A DNA stretch of 64,000 nt from Myxococcales bacterium (GTDB taxonomy: Bacteria > Myxococcota_A > UBA9042 > JABWCM01 > BTVJ01): the NCBI GenBank assembly GCA_045863395.1, contig BTVJ01000018.1, positions 1-64,000 on the forward strand, read 5' to 3'. The translations under genes were made by a program, and so were the position numbers. The notes under the pieces are model-generated. The model was not told the origin of the DNA, ran no database searches, and was given only the letters and a program-made list of their open reading frames with translations. This document shows, one piece after another, positions 59,289-64,000 of the stretch (its first letter is position 1; every line of letters begins with the position of its first letter).

Positions 59289-61040
59289 TCAGTTGCTGAC
59301 GCTGGGCTTGTAGATGGGCGCCTCGTAGCTGACGTTGACCTTCTGCTTGGGCTCCAGGACCTCGTTGAAGAAGATCGCCTGGCCCGCGCCGCAGTCGTCC
59401 GCCGGACGGATGACGTAGTCCTTGTCCTCGCCCTCCTCCAGCGCCTTGAAGGTGCCGTCCGCGAAGGTCTTGGTGACCGTGATGCCCGTGCCGAGCTTCA
59501 CGGGCTCGTCCACACAGATGCGCACCACACGACGGAGGATGGTGTCGGCGATCTTGTCGAGGGCCTCGCCGAAGCCGGCCGGGCTGCAGATGTTGGTGGC
59601 GACGCCGTTCTTTCCGAAGGCCTTGACGACCTGCAGATACCGCCCGCCCCAGTCGGACTGGCCCACTGCGCTCTCGCAGATGTAGGTGTTCTTGGCCAGC
59701 GGCCCCGGCCCGCCCTTTGACTTGAGGTAGGCGCGGATGCGCTCCTCCTCGCACTCCGCCGCGTCCTGACCTGCCTTGGTCGGGCACTTGAGGGCGCCGG
59801 TGGGGTCGCTGCCGGGAGCGGGCTTGCCGTCACCCGTGCCGACGACGCCGCCGACGATGGCGGCGACCAGGACGCGCGACGGGTCCGAGTTGACGCTGCG
59901 GAGCCCGTTGATGAACGTGCTCACGGGCTCCAGCGGCCCCTTGCCCGACGAGTCCTTCCAGGTCTTGGGCACGTACTCGCTGTCCGCGATGTCCCCCCCG
60001 ATGGGGTCTTTGCCGTCCGTGTCGCCGAGCAGGCCGCACACCTGCCAGGCCTCGGCGACGAGGGTGCCGTTCTTCAGGAACTTCTTGGGCATCTGGGGGG
60101 AGACGCTGCAGTCCTCCTCGTCGGACACGAAGATGATCACCTGGTAGGCGTCTTGCCGCAGGAAGCTCTTGGCCTGGTTGGCGTTGGGGCCGTTGACGTC
60201 CAGCGCAAGGAGCGCCGTGCGGAGGCCCATCTCGAGCTGCGGGTTCTTGTCCTGGAGGGCTCCGACCACCGCCATGCAACGGAACAGGTCTGCGACCGTC
60301 TGCCCCTCGGCGGCGGCGACCTCCGCGTCCACCCACGCCGGGAGCTTCGCCGGGCACCCATCGACGGCGGGCGGGTTGATGCAGCCTCGCAGGCTCATGT
60401 CGCCGCCGGGTGCGATGCACTGGTAGCGGCACGTGTCTCCGCCGCTCACCAGCTCCCCACAGCACTGGGCGCTCGTCGAGGCAGGCGTCGTGTTGTCGGT
60501 GCAGGACTTTCGGCAGTTGGAGTTGAGCGATCCGTTGGTGTTGGTCAGATACTGCGCCCCCTGGCTCGGCGGCTCGCACACCCACCCGGACGGCGTCGGG
60601 ACCTTGCCCTTGAGCGCCTTCTCGCAGTCGCCGTCCGTCAGGCACTTCTCCACGCGCCGCTCCAGACAGTTCGGCGGGAAGGGCTTGGGCAGCTCGTGGT
60701 GGAACTTGCCCATCTCCTTCTCGGACAGGCCGTCGGTGGTCACCACGGCCAGGCGAACGTCCACATTGACGAAGCCGGTGATCTTGCCAATGAACTCGTT
60801 GATGTTCGCCGCGAGCGCGTTCTGCTCCTGGCACATGGACACCGAGTTGTCGATGACCCAGAGGATGTCCAGCTTCACGGCGTCCGTGTTGCTGCGCTCG
60901 TCTGTGACCTGCGCCGAGAAGGAGTCGAGCACTCCCGCCACCGGCACGTCATTGCAGGCGGCGCCGAGGCCGGCTGCCAGGATCAAGGAGGGGGACAGCC
61001 ACGCGAGCCTCTGTGACAAGCGCTTCCGACTGGTGATCAT
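59289..61040 (-). CDS. CglB-like Cys-rich VWA lipoprotein
   Basis: GAAC lipobox; LDILWVIDNSVSMCQEQ (MIDAS), LAVVTTD, EMGL, FLR.DA...IFVSDEEDCS. Confidence 0.8.
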   Translation of the reverse strand: MITSRKRLSQRLAWLSPSLILAAGLGAACNDVPVAGVLDSFSAQVTDERSNTDAVKLDILWVIDNSVSMCQEQNALAANINEFIGKITGFVNVDVRLAVVTTDGLSEKEMGKFHHELPKPFPPNCLERRVEKCLTDGDCEKALKGKVPTPSGWVCEPPSQGAQYLTNTNGSLNSNCRKSCTDNTTPASTSAQCCGELVSGGDTCRYQCIAPGGDMSLRGCINPPAVDGCPAKLPAWVDAEVAAAEGQTVADLFRCMAVVGALQDKNPQLEMGLRTALLALDVNGPNANQAKSFLRQDAYQVIIFVSDEEDCSVSPQMPKKFLKNGTLVAEAWQVCGLLGDTDGKDPIGGDIADSEYVPKTWKDSSGKGPLEPVSTFINGLRSVNSDPSRVLVAAIVGGVVGTGDGKPAPGSDPTGALKCPTKAGQDAAECEEERIRAYLKSKGGPGPLAKNTYICESAVGQSDWGGRYLQVVKAFGKNGVATNICSPAGFGEALDKIADTILRRVVRICVDEPVKLGTGITVTKTFADGTFKALEEGEDKDYVIRPADDCGAGQAIFFNEVLEPKQKVNVSYEAPIYKPSVSN

Positions 61041-61191
61041 GTCAACGTCTCCGTGTGTCGCTGCTCCCGAGCGACGCGACTGCGTTGGTGGCGTGGTGCG
61101 GTTCCGGGCGCCGCCCGATTTGGGAAGTATAGAGCCGCCCCCCGGTGGCTACAAGTCCGATGCCAGGTCGCACGTAACGGCGGTGAGGCGG

Positions 61192-62406
61192 TCAGCAGGG
61201 GCCCGGGGTGTACTGCATGATGCCGAAGCACTCGGCCGCGCAGGGGTTGGGGTAGGTCAGCCCGTCGACTCCGCAGACCGGGTCCTGCTGGTTCATGTCA
61301 CACTTGCAGACGCACACGTCGTCATAGAGCACGGCGACGCCGACCGCCGCCGAGAAGCACTGGTTCGGGTAGGTCTTGAAATCGGTCCCACACACGGGCG
61401 CCAGGTCCTTCTCGCACTCGGGGCAGGTGGCGTTCGAGAACACCATCGCCCCCTCGCAGGTGGCGAAGCAGTCGTTGCGGTAGCTCTTCACGTTGTTGTC
61501 CATGCCCCAGCCGCACACCGGCGCGCACGACGTGCTGCAGGCGGCGCACGCCGGGTTGCCCGCGAAGTCGCTCGGGCAGTTGCCGGCGCAGGCGAGCGTG
61601 GCCTCCGAGCACTTGGTGTTCTGGACGTGGCAGGAGTTGGGGTAGGTCTTGCCGTCGGTGCCGCAGACCGGCCAGTCCTGCTTCCCGCAGTTGCAGGCCG
61701 ACTTGCAGGGGCCGCAGTTCTTGAACGTCAGCGCCTCGACGCCCTCGTTGGCGCAAGAGAAGTCGCACCAGTCGGTGTACGTCTGGTCCGCCTTGTCGCA
61801 GTACTGGGCGTCTGGACCGCAGTCCAGGTTGGGGGGCGGTGCCTCGCACACACACGCGGCGCAGTCCTGGAGCAGGCACTTTCCGTCGAGCAGGTCCTGG
61901 AGGGAGATGCCCCCGCACTGGGCGAAGCAGTCGTTGGCGTAGTCCACGCCATCACAGCAGAGCGGGAAGTAGCCCTTGTCGATGCACTTGTTCTTCTCTT
62001 CGCAGGGGAGGTCCTCCACGTCGCCGGCGTCTTCCGTGTCCGCGGGCTCCGTGGCGTCTCCGTCGTCCTCGCTCCCCGTGTCCTCGGTGTCCGTCACGGA
62101 GCCGGCGTCGCTGCCGGTGTCGGTGACCTGCACGTCGGGTGTGACCGCCGTGTCGCCCCCTGCGTCGGAGGCGGTGTCGCCGGAGGTGGAGCCGTCGGGG
62201 ATCGCCGAGTCCGGCTGGTCCCCCGTGTCGGCGGTGCTCGTATCGCCCACCCCGCCAGCATCTGCCGTGTCCTCATCATTTGTGACATCGACGTTCCCGG
62301 ACGGGGTGCCGGTCGTGTCATCCGACGGGCAGGCCGAGAGCGCGATGAAGGCGGCGACGCCCGTGAAGAGGCCCAGGCGGTTGAGCAGGGCGCGGGTCGA
62401 TGTCAT
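61192..62406 (-). CDS. Kazal-repeat lipoprotein
   Basis: LSAC lipobox, acidic linker, several PVCG.DG.TY.N.C repeats. Confidence 0.88.
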   Translation of the reverse strand: MTSTRALLNRLGLFTGVAAFIALSACPSDDTTGTPSGNVDVTNDEDTADAGGVGDTSTADTGDQPDSAIPDGSTSGDTASDAGGDTAVTPDVQVTDTGSDAGSVTDTEDTGSEDDGDATEPADTEDAGDVEDLPCEEKNKCIDKGYFPLCCDGVDYANDCFAQCGGISLQDLLDGKCLLQDCAACVCEAPPPNLDCGPDAQYCDKADQTYTDWCDFSCANEGVEALTFKNCGPCKSACNCGKQDWPVCGTDGKTYPNSCHVQNTKCSEATLACAGNCPSDFAGNPACAACSTSCAPVCGWGMDNNVKSYRNDCFATCEGAMVFSNATCPECEKDLAPVCGTDFKTYPNQCFSAAVGVAVLYDDVCVCKCDMNQQDPVCGVDGLTYPNPCAAECFGIMQYTPGPC

Positions 62407-62603
62407 GCGGGTCCTCATGCAGGTCCTCATCAAGGGCTGGTCCTGGTGTTGCCAGGTCGGGAGCTGTCAGCTTCGGGGAGTCTAGCACCGCCTCCGAGCG
62501 ACGATCAACCTCTGCGTCCCCTGACGGGGTCAGTTGACCGCGTTCACCGGGGCGACCAGAATGCCGTGCCAGTGAAACAGCAGAGATCACGGGAGTGGCG
62601 CCC

Positions 62604-64000
62604 ATGACACCGAGCACCGCAAGACGACTCGCTGGGGAGCGGTCGCCCCACCTGCGCCAGCACGCCGGAGACCCCGTCGACTGGTGGCCCTGGTGCCCTG
62701 ACGCCTTCGCACGCGCGCGGGAGGCCGACCTGCCCGTCCTCCTGTCCGTCGGGTACGCGGCCAGCCAGCTCTGCCAGGCCATGGGGGCGGAGAGCTTCGC
62801 TGACCCAGGGATCGCGTCCGAGGTCGACGGGCGGTTCATCTGCGTGAAGGTGGACCGGGAGGAGCGCCCGGACGTGGACCAGCTCTACCAGACCGCCGCC
62901 CAGCTCGCCATCGGCAGGGGGGGCTGGCCCCTGACGGTGTTCCTGCTTCCCGACGGGCGCCCCTTTCACGTGGCGACGTGGCTGCCCCGCGAGTCCCGGC
63001 CGGGGCAGCCCTCGCTGAAGGACGTGCTCCGCGTGGTGCACGAGGCCTGGGCTGCTCGGCGGCCGGACCTGGAGGCCCAGGCCGCCACGTGGCTGGACTC
63101 CCTGCGGCGGCTGGAGCCCGCGCGCCCGGCCGCGCCGACGGTGGAGCTGGTAGACGACGCCTGCGACGCCCTGGCGGCCCGCTTCGACGGGGTAGACGGC
63201 GGCTTTGGCCGCGCGCCCAAGTTTCCATCGACCCCGGCCCTGGCCCTCATCGGGCGCCAGGCGCGCCGCACGGGGGAGCCGCGGTGGCGCGACATGGTCC
63301 ACACGAGCCTCGAGCGGATGGCGGAGGGAGGCATTCGCGACCACCTGGACGGCGGATTTCACCGCTATGCGGCGGATAGTCGCTGGTTGTCACCGCATTT
63401 CGAGAAGATGCTCCCGGACAGCGCGCTCCTCGCAGTGGCCTACCTCGATGGTTGGCACCTGACTGGAGACGAGGGGTTCCTGGAGGTCGCGCGGGAGACC
63501 CTCGGGTTCATGGAGCGGCGCCTGCTGCGGGGGGATCTCTTCGCGGGCTCCATCGACGCCGACGCGCCCCCCGGCGGCTACTACCGCTGGACCCGGACCC
63601 AGGTGGAGGACACCCTGGGACCCGAGCATGCCCGCGCCTTCTGTTTCGCCTACGGGGTGCCCGAGCGGACCGATGAGGCCGTCGCCCTGCACCTCCCGCG
63701 GCCCTTCTCCGTGAGCGCACACCGGCTCGGGCGGTCCCTGGAGGATCTGGAGGCCCTGCTGGCGAGCTGCCGCCTGGCGCTCCTGAAGCGGCGCTCCGAG
63801 CGCCCGGCGCCGGCGACCAGGGCCAACGTGGTGGTCGCATGGAACGCGCTCGCGATCCGCGCCTTCGCCCGCGGGTGGCGAGCGACCGGCGACCGGGCGC
63901 TGCTGCTTCGAGCCACGGAGACCGCAGGCGCGCTCCTTCGGGGGGCCCTCGACGCCAGCGGACTCCTCTGCCGGGTGATTGTCGATGGAGCCCCGTTTCA
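62604..64000 (+). CDS. Thioredoxin-domain/six-hairpin glycosidase-like protein (YyaL/DUF255/SPATA20 family), truncated at the window end
   Basis: Translated by hand (absent from the ORF track): RLAGERSPHLRQHA.DPVDW.PW, KVDREERPDVD, GGWPL..F, GGF..APKFP, GGF.RY..D..W..PHFEKML.D. Confidence 0.9.
   Translation, partial: MTPSTARRLAGERSPHLRQHAGDPVDWWPWCPDAFARAREADLPVLLSVGYAASQLCQAMGAESFADPGIASEVDGRFICVKVDREERPDVDQLYQTAAQLAIGRGGWPLTVFLLPDGRPFHVATWLPRESRPGQPSLKDVLRVVHEAWAARRPDLEAQAATWLDSLRRLEPARPAAPTVELVDDACDALAARFDGVDGGFGRAPKFPSTPALALIGRQARRTGEPRWRDMVHTSLERMAEGGIRDHLDGGFHRYAADSRWLSPHFEKMLPDSALLAVAYLDGWHLTGDEGFLEVARETLGFMERRLLRGDLFAGSIDADAPPGGYYRWTRTQVEDTLGPEHARAFCFAYGVPERTDEAVALHLPRPFSVSAHRLGRSLEDLEALLASCRLALLKRRSERPAPATRANVVVAWNALAIRAFARGWRATGDRALLLRATETAGALLRGALDASGLLCRVIVDGAPF

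Noticed and set aside
62404..62433. 12-bp tandem ATGAGGACC(T/C)GC giving alternative starts for the Kazal gene
   Set aside because: The repeat is real but has only two copies; most simply a duplicated RBS/start with no evidence of function.
1..64000. A complete DGR cassette (RT, Avd, template repeat)
   Set aside because: No RT motifs were seen in any ORF and no AAC-rich non-coding copy of either VR-like segment was seen, so only putative remote targets are reported.

Overview
High-GC bacterial DNA with a Myxococcota-like gene repertoire (many Cys-rich lipoproteins, Ser/Thr kinases, FHA and VWA proteins, a CglB-like protein, a MYXO-CTERM-like motif). Positions 1-19.3 kb form an accessory region of domain-shuffled genes: three Zn-ribbon/Ser-Thr kinase/TM receptors, a pilin-like fusion, an M23+C1 double peptidase, an Rpn-like remnant and a VWA-OmpA protein. 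Two of the kinases end in FGE-sulfatase (C-lectin fold) domains. Their 3' ends resemble diversity-generating retroelement (DGR) variable repeats and are followed by the same RTCCCTTG tandem octamer. No reverse transcriptase or template repeat is visible in the window. The middle holds cysD-cysN(C), a GPI ethanolamine-phosphate-transferase-like membrane enzyme divergent from lgt, lon-moaC-NFACT, an FG-GAP protein, a split propeptide/metallopeptidase pair, a pentraxin-like fibre protein and a Cys-repeat lipoprotein. From 45 to 59 kb a co-oriented minus-strand run encodes a contractile-injection-type baseplate module (gp25, baseplate J, PASTA-tail I, anchor-like protein) with no sheath, tube or spike gene, followed by FHA, VWA-FHA, Yip1 and a TatT-type TRAP transporter. 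No rRNA, tRNA or CRISPR array was recognised. All family calls come from motif recognition by eye, not database searches, and several start codons were moved from the ORF track to RBS-supported positions.
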